A stretch of 64,000 nt of DNA, taken from Patescibacteria group bacterium (GTDB taxonomy: Bacteria > Patescibacteriota > UBA1384 > XYA2-FULL-43-10 > 1-14-0-10-43-13). The notes under the pieces are model-generated. The model worked only from the letters and a program-made list of their open reading frames with translations, was not told where the DNA came from and ran no database searches. A program made the position numbers and the translations under genes. The stretch is taken from contig JBAZNP010000002.1 in the NCBI GenBank assembly GCA_041649155.1, forward strand, positions 6,640 to 70,639, in the 5' to 3' direction. Below, in pieces: positions 9,443 to 19,800 of this stretch. The number at the start of each line of letters is the position of its first letter. Position 1 is the first letter of the stretch.

Positions 9443-10264
9443 TTACTTTCCCTTTTTCTGTCTTAGTATTGCAGAAAGACGATTTTGTAGTCTTTCCTCA
9501 GAGATTCGAGAGTCCAATTTGCCTTCAACTGCCATTGAAATGGAGCCTGTTTCTTCGGATACAATAATAGCAATGGCATCTGAAATTTCCGTAATCCCAA
9601 CACCTGCTTTATGCCTTGTGCCCAAATTTGAACTTAAAACTGCCTGTGTAACCGGCAAAACTGAACGAGCTGAAACTATTTTGTCCCCAACAACAATAAC
9701 GGCTCCATCATGAAGAGGAGACTTATTATTAAATATTGATCGCAGAAGTGCAGATGAGACAGTAGCATCTAGCAGTGTGCCATTGTCGATATATTCTTTA
9801 AGGCCCGTCTGGCGTGCAATAATGATTAATGCACCAACTCTCTGTTTCGAAAGAATGCTAGCCGCAGATACAATTTCAGCAATCAGGCTACTATATCCCT
9901 CTTTGCCTAAGTTTAATTCTCCCAACAACTTTGAACGCCCGATTTTCTCAAGAGCATTTCGAAGCTCTGGCTGAAAAACTACCGGAATCGCCACTATTAA
10001 CATGGTCATAAGGCTTTTTAATAGCCAGTTTAAAAGGATTAAGTTTAACAGTTTTCCTAAGGCCATCAGTACCAAAAGAAAAACTAACCCATACAGTATT
10101 CTGATAGCACGAGTTTCCTTCAGAAAAACATAGGCCCAATAAAACAAAACCGCTACTATGATAATATCAACTATCAAAAGTGGACTCGAGTTAAGTCTTA
10201 AATTTTCATATAGATAGTTTGCACTATCAGAGACGCCCAATATTTTTCCTGAAATAATTCCCAC
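9443..10264 (-). CDS. cdaA: Diadenylate cyclase CdaA (c-di-AMP synthase, DAC domain)
   Basis: Three N-terminal TM helices and a DAC domain with LHDGAVIV and GTRHKAGVGITEISDAIAIIVSEETGSIS motifs. Confidence 0.9.
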   Translation of the reverse strand: MGIISGKILGVSDSANYLYENLRLNSSPLLIVDIIIVAVLFYWAYVFLKETRAIRILYGLVFLLVLMALGKLLNLILLNWLLKSLMTMLIVAIPVVFQPELRNALEKIGRSKLLGELNLGKEGYSSLIAEIVSAASILSKQRVGALIIIARQTGLKEYIDNGTLLDATVSSALLRSIFNNKSPLHDGAVIVVGDKIVSARSVLPVTQAVLSSNLGTRHKAGVGITEISDAIAIIVSEETGSISMAVEGKLDSRISEERLQNRLSAILRQKKGK

Positions 10265-10438
10265 ACTTCCCTCTCTCTATTTTATATAACATTTTATATA
10301 ATAATTACATTATAGCACTATTTTCCGATATGTTCTCAACTTTTTTTAAGAATTTTTTGATTGTTATTTAGACCAATGACTTGTCCTCACCGCTTTGTTA
10401 TTGTGCAAATTGTTTAATTAGTTATAGGTTTATTTTTT

Positions 10439-10813
10439 ATGAAAAAAATATTTCTAAGTATCTGTATAGCAGTTTTAATGTTCGGCTGTGGGTTTGTTCA
10501 TCGCATAGCCGCCCAGACAGCAACAATTCCCGATACCACCAATTTGAGTGCTGAAGATAGTCAAGCTATTGCCCAATATCTGAAAAGTAAGCAACAAACG
10601 CAAGCCCAAAACACCCAAAATCAACAATCACAGGACTCACAATCACAGCAGAATCAAACAGATCAAAATACAGATGATACTAAGACACAAAATAAGTACC
10701 CGACCAGATTGGTGATCATTTTATTAGTTCTTTATGCCATTATTCTAGCTTTATCTTTGATAGCACTAATCCTGTCAATAATCGCCCTCTCACGATGGAT
10801 TCGGAAGAATTGA
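10439..10813 (+). CDS. Hypothetical secreted/membrane protein (signal peptide, Gln-rich low-complexity region, C-terminal TM)
   Basis: Signal-like MKKIFLSICIAVLMFGCG, a Q/T/D-rich middle and a C-terminal hydrophobic helix; terminator downstream. Confidence 0.5.
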   Translation: MKKIFLSICIAVLMFGCGFVHRIAAQTATIPDTTNLSAEDSQAIAQYLKSKQQTQAQNTQNQQSQDSQSQQNQTDQNTDDTKTQNKYPTRLVIILLVLYAIILALSLIALILSIIALSRWIRKN

Positions 10814-10830
10814 TTACAATATATTTCACT

Positions 10831-10858
10831 AAAAAAGCTCCGTTTCCGGAGCTTTTTT
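10831..10858. terminator. Bidirectional rho-independent terminator between convergent genes
   Basis: aaaaaAGCTCCGtttCCGGAGCTttttt: an A-run, a GC stem, then a T-run. Confidence 0.75.
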
Positions 10859-10877
10859 AAAGATAAAATTCTTTCTA

Positions 10878-11201
10878 TTATCTGTATGATTGTCTTCCGC
10901 CGCCATTGTAACCACCGCGATTTGAATCACGTTTTTCCTGTGGTTTTGCAACATTGACGAAGATTTGTCGGCCTGAAACTTCTTTACCATTCAATTCAGT
11001 AATACAAGCTTCTGCCATTTGCTCGTTTTCAAGAGTTACGAAGCCAAATCCTTTGGATCGACCGTCGTTAAATTTGTCAACGATAACTTTTGCCTCAACA
11101 ACCTTTACGCCTTCGACTTCTGAGAAGATCTTTTCAAGAGCTTCATCATTGATGTCGTAGGACAAGCTGTTGACGAAAAGTTTATTTTTTTCGTTCTGCA
11201 T
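10878..11201 (-). CDS. RRM-type RNA-binding protein with a Gly/Arg-rich tail
   Basis: RNP-2 LFVNSLSY and RNP-1 KGFGFVTL. The start was moved to MQNEKNK (ATG at 11201) with an AAGGAA Shine-Dalgarno; the C-terminus is RGGYNGGGRQSYR. Confidence 0.85.
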   Translation of the reverse strand: MQNEKNKLFVNSLSYDINDEALEKIFSEVEGVKVVEAKVIVDKFNDGRSKGFGFVTLENEQMAEACITELNGKEVSGRQIFVNVAKPQEKRDSNRGGYNGGGRQSYR

Positions 11202-11489
11202 TTTTTCCTTTGCTCTGTGCAATAACTTTCTGCATAGAGCTAAACTAAAATTATTCGACCAAGTTATTTCTCGGTCTATTCACCTAAATAGTACTTAAAT
11301 AAATGACGAGTATTTAACTCGTTAACTATACAATAAAATTACAAACAAGTCAACAACCTTAAATTGTGTCCTACTAGAAGCAAATAAGCTTACTATGCCA
11401 GCCCGAGGCATTGACAAGAGCCCTAGTGAGAGTAGTGTATAGATATAGTCTACAGTTTATTAGAGGGGTTTCTTCTTTTAAACTTAGTC

Positions 11490-11530
11490 GGGAGAGTCGC
11501 AGCATACGGGCTCTCTCTTTTTCTTTATTT
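11490..11530 (+). terminator. Plus-strand intrinsic terminator with no upstream plus-strand CDS (possible 3' end of a small RNA)
   Basis: GGGAGAGTC...GGGCTCTCTC stem followed by TTTTTCTTTATTT. A TTGACA at 11412-11417 lies about 75 nt upstream. Confidence 0.4.
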
Positions 11531-11541
11531 GGAATCAAATT

Positions 11542-11952
11542 TTAGTTAAACCAGCCCGACCACATAACATATCCGAAGCAAATTGGAAAAATGAAATAAA
11601 TAATAAATAAAATGAGAGGTTTTATTATTATTTTCCAATTTTTTTGTATTATCGCCTTTCTCACGCTACTGATAAAATAAAGTGTTGGAGCAATCATAAC
11701 AAGAATACTCGTTAGGTTAGGTATAAATAAAACCAACACAAAATATAAAAAGGGAATTAATGCTAAAAGCAACCAGAATGGATCGATTTTTTTATGCAAA
11801 AAAGAGCCCTTTGTTAATTTACTTCGATCTTCTTGATCCAATGAAGATAATATCGTTTGAGTATTAATATTAGTTGCAGAATTACCATTTATGTTACTAG
11901 ATTCCTCTGCTTGTTCTATGTCATTGGTATTCTCATGTATTTGTTCCTCCAT
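11542..11952 (-). CDS. Hypothetical small membrane protein (3 TM)
   Basis: 136-aa ORF with an acidic, polar N-terminus and hydrophobic helices. Confidence 0.5.
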   Translation of the reverse strand: MEEQIHENTNDIEQAEESSNINGNSATNINTQTILSSLDQEDRSKLTKGSFLHKKIDPFWLLLALIPFLYFVLVLFIPNLTSILVMIAPTLYFISSVRKAIIQKNWKIIIKPLILFIIYFIFPICFGYVMWSGWFN

Positions 11953-11964
11953 TTTTCTCCTTGA

Positions 11965-12585
11965 CTATTTTTCTAATTTAATTAATTTACCAACACCGTC
12001 TTCAACTAAGATTAACTCTTGGTCTGTTAACTTTTTGACCTTATATTTGCACTTTTCAATCTTTGGTCTGATTATTGGTTCAAGTTCCTTTTTATAATGA
12101 GCTGTGATTAAAAACGGCACCAACCCCAAAGCGGTTAAATCTTTGAGCTTAATAATATTTTTGTCCTGATTTTTCCATTGAGCCATTTCAATTGTCGGGC
12201 AAGCAACGTATGAACCGGCGCTCTCACCAATATAGATAACGCCTTTATTTACCAATCCGTGAACCATCTTGTTAAACCCACTTTTTTTCATAGCGTTCAG
12301 GAGCCAAAAAGTGTTGCCACCCTTTACATATATCGCGTCGCAACCTTCAAATTGATCTTTGGCTTCTTCAGGGCCTAGTACTCCAAGTTCTATCAACTTA
12401 ACTTTAAATCCGGCTTCCTCAAAGTTTGTTTTATCTTTAAGAACATGATTTGGATCGATTGAAAACCTCGGTCTCTTAGCGTCCATAATATACGCAATTT
12501 TATTAACTTTTCGCTCATGCAAAAAGTTAATAAGCCAACCCTGAGCCTCGCTACAATGAGACAGCAATAATAATGTTTTAACCAT
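11965..12585 (-). CDS. Peptidase S51 family (dipeptidase E/PepE-like, class I glutamine amidotransferase-like fold)
   Basis: GCDAIYVKGGNTFWLL and IGESAGS (catalytic Ser region) typical of S51 peptidases; 206 aa. Confidence 0.7.
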   Translation of the reverse strand: MVKTLLLLSHCSEAQGWLINFLHERKVNKIAYIMDAKRPRFSIDPNHVLKDKTNFEEAGFKVKLIELGVLGPEEAKDQFEGCDAIYVKGGNTFWLLNAMKKSGFNKMVHGLVNKGVIYIGESAGSYVACPTIEMAQWKNQDKNIIKLKDLTALGLVPFLITAHYKKELEPIIRPKIEKCKYKVKKLTDQELILVEDGVGKLIKLEK

Positions 12586-12677
12586 AATATTTAATCCAAA
12601 TTTAACGATTTAATTGTACCTTTCGATTTTAAAAAGTTCAACGGCCAACGACAGACACGGTTGAGCACTCAATATTC

Positions 12678-12706
12678 TTGTCCAAATTAGATATTTTTGA
12701 TATACA
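12678..12706 (+). promoter_or_regulatory. Sigma70-like promoter with extended -10 (TTGTCC-17-TGaTATACA)
   Basis: ttgtcc at 12678-12683, a 17-nt spacer, tg-a-tataca at 12698-12706, about 25 nt upstream of the CDS. Confidence 0.5.
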
Positions 12707-12734
12707 GTACTTATCACCCAAGTGAGGTATGTCA

Positions 12735-13058
12735 ATGAAAATGGTTACGTATTTCGGAACACTGACCTCTCTGGCAATGATTGACTTAGCGGCAATCTGG
12801 CAATTTTACTCTTATCAAGGAGGAAATAGTCTGACAATGTTAATCTTAATCATCATCTTGCTCTTTTTGGGATTTGCGATCATTGGAGGAGCACTCGCTC
12901 TCCAGTCTCAAAAAAACGATGAAGACCAAGATGATGACGATGATGATACTTTCGAACCAGAGCCACCGCCTTCGTTGCCGGATACCACAAGCATTCCTTC
13001 TTGCATGAGGGGCTACATGCCTTCCAGCGTGCACAGAGACACTGTGTTGAAACGCTAG
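12735..13058 (+). CDS. Hypothetical small membrane protein with a poly-Asp acidic tract
   Basis: The ORF track starts at 12729; the ATG at 12735 has better spacing to the GTGAGG Shine-Dalgarno. Two TM helices are followed by DEDQDDDDDD and a Pro-rich tail. Confidence 0.5.
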   Translation: MKMVTYFGTLTSLAMIDLAAIWQFYSYQGGNSLTMLILIIILLFLGFAIIGGALALQSQKNDEDQDDDDDDTFEPEPPPSLPDTTSIPSCMRGYMPSSVHRDTVLKR

Positions 13059-13188
13059 CCTGGTGCCGGACGACTCTCTTGCTGAGTTGCCCGGCCATTT
13101 TTTTAATAATTTCGGCTTTGATACAAAAAAGCCTTCGATTTTTATTTAGTGATAAATTTCAAAAGGCTTTATCTGTTTAGTACAAATA

Positions 13189-15084
13189 TTATTTAATCAC
13201 GCGTTCTTTGCGGATGGTTTTAAATGCTACGTATGTGTCTCCAACTGCCACATTTGCGCCGGCAGGAAGACCAAAACCGCATTCTGAACCGGATTCACAT
13301 TCCTTGACTTCGCTTTTCTCTCTTCTCAAAGAGACAATCTTGGCTCGATATTTTTCGTTTTTTCCTTGAAATATTTTAATTTCGTCTCCAACAGCAATTT
13401 TGCCCTTTTCAACTTTTCCGCCAGCAACAAAGCCTTTTCGATCATCACGAAAGATACCTAGTACATCACCTGAGCCAATTTCTTCTTCAATAATTTCAAG
13501 AGGAAGGATGGCCGCAATATCTTTTTTAATCTTATCAATCAATTCATAAATAATATCGAAAGTCTGAATTGAAACTTTTTCTTTTTCAGCAATTTTTTTA
13601 GCCGCATCAAGACGTTTAACCCGAAAGCCGATTACACAAGCATGAGTAGCCTTAGCCAAAGTCACGTCAGACTCGGAAATTGAGCCAACCCCCTCGGAGA
13701 TAATCTTAATAGAGGCTTCCTGTGTATCAACCTCACCAAGAAGCTTCTTGATTGCTTCCAGAGAGCCATGAACATCGCTTTTTAAAATAATGTTGAAATC
13801 ATAGTGTTTTTGCTCTTTCTCACCTTCTTCCTCCATGCCGTATCTCTTTGCTGTAGCCACTTTGATCTTAACATCTGATTTCCTAAATTTCTCAGCCGTT
13901 TCTTTAGCCATTTTTTCATTTCTGAAAGCCAAGAGACGATCACCAAAATTTGGAAGCGATTTAAGACCGGCAATATTTACAGGAAAACTTGGACCGGCTT
14001 TTTCTATTGGTTTATTCAATGTATCTTTCAAAATTCTTATTCGTCCATAAGAAGAACCAATTGCAACAGGATCACCTTTCTTTAAAGTTCCGTTTTCGAT
14101 AAGAACTAAAGCCATCGCGCCAGCGCCCTTTTGCATATGGGATTCAATAACAATGCCAGTTGCCTCATCTTTAGGATCGGCCTTTAACTCCATCAAATCC
14201 GCCTGAAGTAGAATCATCTCGAGCAAATCATCAACCCCCTGACCAGTCTTAGCTGAAATTTCTACCATAACAGTCTTACCACCCCATTCTTCAGGTATTA
14301 ATTCGTATTCTGATAGCTGCTGCTTCGTCTTCATAATATCAGCATCAGGAACATCAACTTTGTTTATTGCCACGATAATAGGAACATTGTTGACTTTAGA
14401 ATCCTCAATCACTTCTGCTGTCTGAGGCATAACACCGTCAGTGGCAGCAACAATTAAAACGACCATATCAGTAATGGCTGTGCCATGCTCTCTCATGGCG
14501 GCAAAAGCGGCATGACCAGGAGTATCAATAAATGTAATAGTTCTATTCTTTAAGTTTTTATTCTTAGTGTCTTCGAGCGTGACCTGATATGCTGTAATAT
14601 GCTGAGTAATTCCACCGGACTCCCCTTCTGCAACATGAGCTTTGCGAATATTATCAAGCAAAGTAGTTTTGCCATGATCGACATGGCCCATAATTGTCAC
14701 GACAGGCGGCCTTAATTCAAGGTTCTTTTTATCAACTTTTTCTTCGACTGTTTTATGCTTTTCTTCAGCTTCTTCTGCAAGGGAAATTTCCAAGCCCAAA
14801 TCATCGCCGATAATGGAAGCCGTATCAAAATCAATTGTTTCATTAATTGTAGCCAGAACTCCACTTTTCATCAGTTCAGTAATAATTTTTGTTACAGGAA
14901 GACCGGCAATTTCAGCAAAATCCTTTACCGAAACGATGGAAGGAAGTTTTATTTTCTTTTTAGTAGTTTCTGTTTTAACTTCTTTTTGATAGTTAATTGA
15001 AAACTTATCTTTGCCAAAATCAGGCATTTTGTCAGCGGCCTTTTGTTCTTTTTTGCTCAGTTTTCTTTTAGGTGGTCGTGCCAT
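13189..15084 (-). CDS. infB: Translation initiation factor IF-2 (short form, 631 aa)
   Basis: VVTIMGHVDHGKTTLLD G1, DTPGH G3, NKVD G4; full G domain plus C-terminal beta-barrel domains. Confidence 0.95.
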   Translation of the reverse strand: MARPPKRKLSKKEQKAADKMPDFGKDKFSINYQKEVKTETTKKKIKLPSIVSVKDFAEIAGLPVTKIITELMKSGVLATINETIDFDTASIIGDDLGLEISLAEEAEEKHKTVEEKVDKKNLELRPPVVTIMGHVDHGKTTLLDNIRKAHVAEGESGGITQHITAYQVTLEDTKNKNLKNRTITFIDTPGHAAFAAMREHGTAITDMVVLIVAATDGVMPQTAEVIEDSKVNNVPIIVAINKVDVPDADIMKTKQQLSEYELIPEEWGGKTVMVEISAKTGQGVDDLLEMILLQADLMELKADPKDEATGIVIESHMQKGAGAMALVLIENGTLKKGDPVAIGSSYGRIRILKDTLNKPIEKAGPSFPVNIAGLKSLPNFGDRLLAFRNEKMAKETAEKFRKSDVKIKVATAKRYGMEEEGEKEQKHYDFNIILKSDVHGSLEAIKKLLGEVDTQEASIKIISEGVGSISESDVTLAKATHACVIGFRVKRLDAAKKIAEKEKVSIQTFDIIYELIDKIKKDIAAILPLEIIEEEIGSGDVLGIFRDDRKGFVAGGKVEKGKIAVGDEIKIFQGKNEKYRAKIVSLRREKSEVKECESGSECGFGLPAGANVAVGDTYVAFKTIRKERVIK

Positions 15085-15200
15085 TTATTTGTCCTGAATT
15101 AGCTTTTCAATATAAAAATTAGCGATTTATCCTTACTAACTTAGAATAATACAATAAATGAGCCCAAAAAGCAATTTTAGATCAGTAAAACCGAGATTGA

Positions 15201-15707
15201 TTAATATTTCCTACTATCATAGGCCCAATGTAAAATAGCTTGACGTTGACGAGGACGGCATAAATAGTCCTTGGCTCTGCAGTTTTTTTGCAGTTGAACA
15301 ATATGCCTTTTAATGGCTTTCCATCTTTTAATTTGCCTGTTATCTTCTTTGGGAATTCTTCGCCCCATATAATATCGACAATACCATTGAAACCACCCTC
15401 TCGGATCACCCGGATAAATCCAGCCCTTTTCCCTCCAAACCGCTAAGGGTTGGCTGGCATTAACCTTAAAATAGTTTAATCTTGGATCATGTTTTTCTGA
15501 GCAAAGCTTAGCTTTTTTAAACCAATCAATAGGAAATTCATCCTTACAATCTGTCATATACTTTCCGCCAAAAACACCTAGTTCCAACATCTCTCTGGGA
15601 GTCAACTCTGGATTAAATTCAACATCAAAATTCTTACCAACTGGTTCAGTCAGCTCATATGAATAATTTTTCTGCATCTTATCATTAACAGTGACAATCC
15701 TGCCCAT
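15201..15707 (-). CDS. Conserved hypothetical cytoplasmic protein (Trp/Arg-rich)
   Basis: 168-aa ORF in clean coding frame; I could not assign a family by eye. Confidence 0.55.
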   Translation of the reverse strand: MGRIVTVNDKMQKNYSYELTEPVGKNFDVEFNPELTPREMLELGVFGGKYMTDCKDEFPIDWFKKAKLCSEKHDPRLNYFKVNASQPLAVWREKGWIYPGDPRGWFQWYCRYYMGRRIPKEDNRQIKRWKAIKRHIVQLQKNCRAKDYLCRPRQRQAILHWAYDSRKY

Positions 15708-15789
15708 TTTACTTTAATTAATGACAATTGCAGATTAGTCCAAAAAATTTAAAAAATCTTTACTAGATTCCCCAACATTGTTGCTCAAA

Positions 15790-16008
15790 CTACATTTTAA
15801 GGAATTCTAGTAGCTTATAAACCAGCATTGCGGGCCAGACGAGGGCCTTTAGAAAACCAAGTACACCTATACCAAAAGTGTCAGCAGTAGAGAAATAGTA
15901 GACTAGCGCACCAATTAGGCCCATGCCATAAATTGCTCCACCTGAAGCGTTAGAGTTCATGTTTTTCTTATCACCGCAACATTCCGATGAACCTTTTTCA
16001 CTTGCCAT
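15790..16008 (-). CDS. Hypothetical small membrane protein (2 TM)
   Basis: Start moved to MASEKGSS (ATG at 16008) with a GAGGAG Shine-Dalgarno; the C-terminal half is hydrophobic. Confidence 0.5.
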   Translation of the reverse strand: MASEKGSSECCGDKKNMNSNASGGAIYGMGLIGALVYYFSTADTFGIGVLGFLKALVWPAMLVYKLLEFLKM

Positions 16009-16299
16009 TTGTTCTCCTCGTCCCGTTGAATGCATGTCTATTCAACTAGAGCTATTTGATTAAATGTTTTCCTATAATTATTTTACCACAAGACAGCCAA
16101 AATAAACCCAAAGAGCAAAACCCTTTGCTTATCTTTATCCTCAATATTACATTATAATATTACAATATTATCACCTGGTCTTTAGATTCCTTTCCAACGA
16201 TCGTCATTATTGGACAATCGTCCATATTTGACGATTACGATATACTATACGAGTTTGATTCTTGGCAAGTATTTATGAATTTATAAAGGGTATTATACC

Positions 16300-16376
16300 C
16301 CAGGGCTTGCCCTGGACCCTGTCCCGATAAATCGGGACAAATTGCGCGGCAAGCCGCGCGGTATTTCACCTTTTTT
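16300..16376. repeat. Three consecutive perfect GC-rich palindromic hairpins followed by a T6 run
   Basis: CCAGGGCTTGCCCTGG (16300-16315), GTCCCGATAAATCGGGAC (16321-16338), GCGCGGCAAGCCGCGC (16344-16359), then tttttt (16371-16376). On the minus strand a TATAAT (reverse complement of 16292-16297) follows immediately. Confidence 0.6.
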
Positions 16377-16411
16377 ACGCACTGAATTATTTACTATTCG
16401 TATCTTGTAAT

Positions 16412-16447
16412 AAAAAAGAAGCCTTCCGAGGATTTTCCAAAGAAGGC
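16412..16447 (-). terminator. Rho-independent terminator for the small minus-strand gene
   Basis: Minus strand: GCCTTCtttggaaaatcctcgGAAGGC followed by TTCTTTTTTATT. Confidence 0.6.
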
Positions 16448-16468
16448 GACTATGTAATTTTTAGAAGA

Positions 16469-16672
16469 TTACTTGCTTTTAGGTTTATTTAACCTAATAT
16501 GGCAGAGTGGAACTCCAATCTGACAGCCTGTGCCGTCTTTATTCTCCACCGTACAAGTTCCCTCGTCCTCTCTCCAGTGCCGCACCACGACTTTCTTCCC
16601 AACATCATGAACAACTCTGCACCAGTTACGAATTGGCTTCGCAACAATTCCTATCTGAACCACGCCATCCAT
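16469..16672 (-). CDS. Hypothetical small protein (67 aa, beta-rich, 4 Cys)
   Basis: AGGTGA Shine-Dalgarno 6 nt before the ATG, a TATAAT-like box upstream, and a dedicated terminator downstream. Confidence 0.5.
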   Translation of the reverse strand: MDGVVQIGIVAKPIRNWCRVVHDVGKKVVVRHWREDEGTCTVENKDGTGCQIGVPLCHIRLNKPKSK

Positions 16673-16746
16673 ACATTTTCACCTCGCTATTTAACTTAGC
16701 AATACAGCACCATAGCAGAGTCATTATATTACAATTAACCACAAAT

Positions 16747-16774
16747 AAATACCGCTGAAGAATCAACGGTATTT
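16747..16774 (-). terminator. Terminator-like hairpin 35 nt downstream of the gyrA stop
   Basis: AAATACCGctgaagaatcaaCGGTATTT with flanking T/A-rich sequence. Confidence 0.4.
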
Positions 16775-16808
16775 ATTTTGTAGTGAAATATTTTTCAATC
16801 AAGCGTTT

Positions 16809-19800
16809 TTATTTGCCCCAATAGTTTTCTTCGTCTTTTACAATTGGCGGATTTTTTGGTTTATTTAATCCCTGATCTTCTTTGCCATCTGACTCTTTAT
16901 TATAGAACTGGACATTAATATTGTCTTTTTTCGTTTCAGTCTGTTCTTTCATACTTCCATCATCCGCTTCCTTTGCGCCACCATAATAATTAACATTAAC
17001 CTCAGGATCCTTAGTTTCTACTATTTCATTGGATTTGTCAGACTTTGCAGTAACTTGTTCCTTTTTTTGTTTCGAAAGAACAGATTTATCTAAGGTTTTA
17101 GAATTATCGGGTTTTATTGGCACGACAGGTGGATTTTTTTCATTTGCAGAGCCATCCTGTATCTCATCCGGCAAAATCAAGGCTACTGAAGAAACTTTAT
17201 CTCCGTCTCTTAACTTCATTAATGTAACTCCTTGGGTATCTCTGCCAAGCCGTTTAATCTTGGCAAGTTCCATTCGGATAAACTGCCCTTTTCTTGACGC
17301 TAGAATAACATCTCCTAGATCAGAATAAGTGATATGCATGCCGATCACATTACCAGTTTTAGGCGTGCAGTTTGCGGCCCGTATTCCCATTCCGCCTCTC
17401 TTCTGAAGATGAAAATTTTTAAGCATCGTTCTCTTACCAAAACCGTTTTCAAGCACAATCAACATATCCGGTCCGCGACTTGTGCTCTTGTCATCAAATG
17501 AGATATTACCGCCAGATACCACATCCATAGACATCACTTCATCTCCAGAACGTAATTTCATTCCGGAAACACCAGAAGCACTTCTTCCCATAGGTCTAAC
17601 ATCTGTTTCAGGATAGCAAATTGCCTGACCTTTCTGGGAAACTTCCACAATAATATCTTTACCCTCGGACATTTTAACCCATTTTAATTCATCATTGCCT
17701 CTAAGACCGACAGCGACAATTCCGGTTTTTCTTATATTTTCATACTTTTCTATTTCAGTCTTTTTGATCGAACCGTTTTTAGTTCCCATGATAAAGTATT
17801 TGCTCATATCTGTTTTTGGCACCGTCAAAATTGATGTTACCTTTTCATCCTGAGAAATTTGAACAATATTTACAATCGGTGTGCCTTTTGACTGGCGTGA
17901 AGATGCCGGTAACTCATAAACCTTGCTCTTGAATACTCTTCCTTTATTCGTAAAGAAATAAATATCGTCGTGAGTACTTGCACAAACAAGATAGTCGACA
18001 ATATCTTCCTCTTTAGTCGTCATACCAACAACGCCAAATCCGCCTCTGGTTTGTTTTCTATATGTTTCAATTTCCTGACGTTTAATATAGTTACCACGCG
18101 AAAGAGCCACTATTACTTTTTGATCAGGAATCAAATCTTCCGCTTGAAAAGTACCTAATTCTCCAGGGAAGATAGTTGTTCTTCTGGCATCGCCATATTT
18201 ATCAGTCACCTCTTTAAGATCGGTTTTAATCAAAGATAATATCTTTTCAGGATGAGCCAGTAAGTCTTCTAAGTAGGCAATCCTTTTTATGATTTCTTCA
18301 TACTCATCTTCAATTCTCTTTCGCTCCAGGGCAGCCAAAGCAGAAAGACGCATATCCAAGATTGCATCCGATTGTAAGATGGACAATTGGAATTTGGCCA
18401 TCAAATTCTTCTTGGCCTCTTCTCTGTTAGCAGAAGAACGAATAGTGTTTATGACCTCATCAATATTATCAAGAGCAATTCGCAAGCCTTCCAAAATATG
18501 GGCACGATCTTTAGCTTTTTTAAGCTCATACTGAGTTCTGCGTTCAATTACATTTCTTCTGTGCTCAATATAATAAGAAAGAACATCCTTTAATGTCATG
18601 ACTCTTGGCTCAAGATCAGGAGTTAAAGCAAGCATATTAACATGAAATGCTGTTTGCATTTGAGTGAGCTCAAAAAGCCTATTCAAGACCTTCTTGGGGT
18701 ATGAATTCGCTTTAAGCTCAATAACAACTCTAACACCATGCCTATCTGACTCGTCTCTCAAGTCAGAAATTCCGTCAATTTTCTTATCCTTAACCAAATC
18801 AGCTATTTTTTCAATCATAGATGACTTATTAACTTGATAAGGAATTTCAGTGACGATAATTTTAAAACCGCGTTTTCCCTCTTCGATTTCAGCTTTTGCC
18901 CGCATCATAATACGGCCTTTTCCGGTAGCATAAGCCATCTTAATATCTTCCTTGTTGTAGATGTTGGCGCCGGTAGGAAAATCAGGACCTTTTACGTGCT
19001 CCATCAACCCCTCGACTGTGATGTCAGGATTATCAATTAGGGTCGAAATACCATCACAAAGTTCCCCCAGATTATGAGGAGGAATATTGGTCGCCATTCC
19101 AACAGCAATACCCATTGTACCATTCAAAAGAAGCTGGGGAACTCTGGCTGGCATCACAATTGGTTCTTGGGTGGAACCATCGTAGTTATCCTGCCAATCA
19201 ACAGTATCTTTATCAATATCAGCCACCATTTCCTCAGCAATAGAGGACATACGACACTCCGTGTATCGCATTGCTGCGGGAGAGTCGCCATCCATCGAAC
19301 CAAAGTTACCCTGACCGTCTACCATTGGATATCTCATCGAAAAGTCCTGGGCCATACGAGCAAGAGTATCATAGATAGCAGAATCACCATGAGGGTGATA
19401 ATTACCCATAACTTCACCTACAACTTTTGCAGATTTTCGATATTTAACATTATGACGAAGACCTGTCTCGTACATACCGTATAGAACACGACGATGGACT
19501 GGTTTTAAACCGTCACGAACATCCGGAAGAGCACGAGAAACGATCACGCTCATGGCATAGTCTAAGTAGGAAGTTTCCATCTCAACTTTTAGGTCTCGAT
19601 TTACCAAGTTTCCAACTTCAGGCACAAAAGAATTTTCAGTGACTATCCTATTTGCCAACGCCGCCGACTTGTCATCTTCGGCTTTTTCCGATTTATTTTC
19701 CTTCTCCATTTCTTCTTCTGGAATTTCTTCGGCTTTGTCTATGTCTTTTTCGGTTTCGCTTTCTTTCTCAATATCAGAAGATTCAGTTTCTAGATCATTG

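Noticed and set aside
16288-16376. The GC-rich hairpin cluster as a tRNA
   Set aside because: The three helices are perfect palindromes with 2-6-nt loops. There is no 7-nt T-loop (GTTCRANYC), no D-arm and no 7-bp acceptor pairing between the ends.
1043-19484. Antisense or alternative-frame ORFs inside rpoB, obg, LysM-CHAP, cdaR, cdaA, infB, gyrA, gyrB and other long genes (for example 1043..1495, 7281..7688, 8742..9125, 13835..14050, 17029..17328, 19074..19484)
   Set aside because: They lie within well-supported conserved CDSs on the opposite strand or frame, lack Shine-Dalgarno sequences and have biased, low-complexity composition typical of shadow ORFs.
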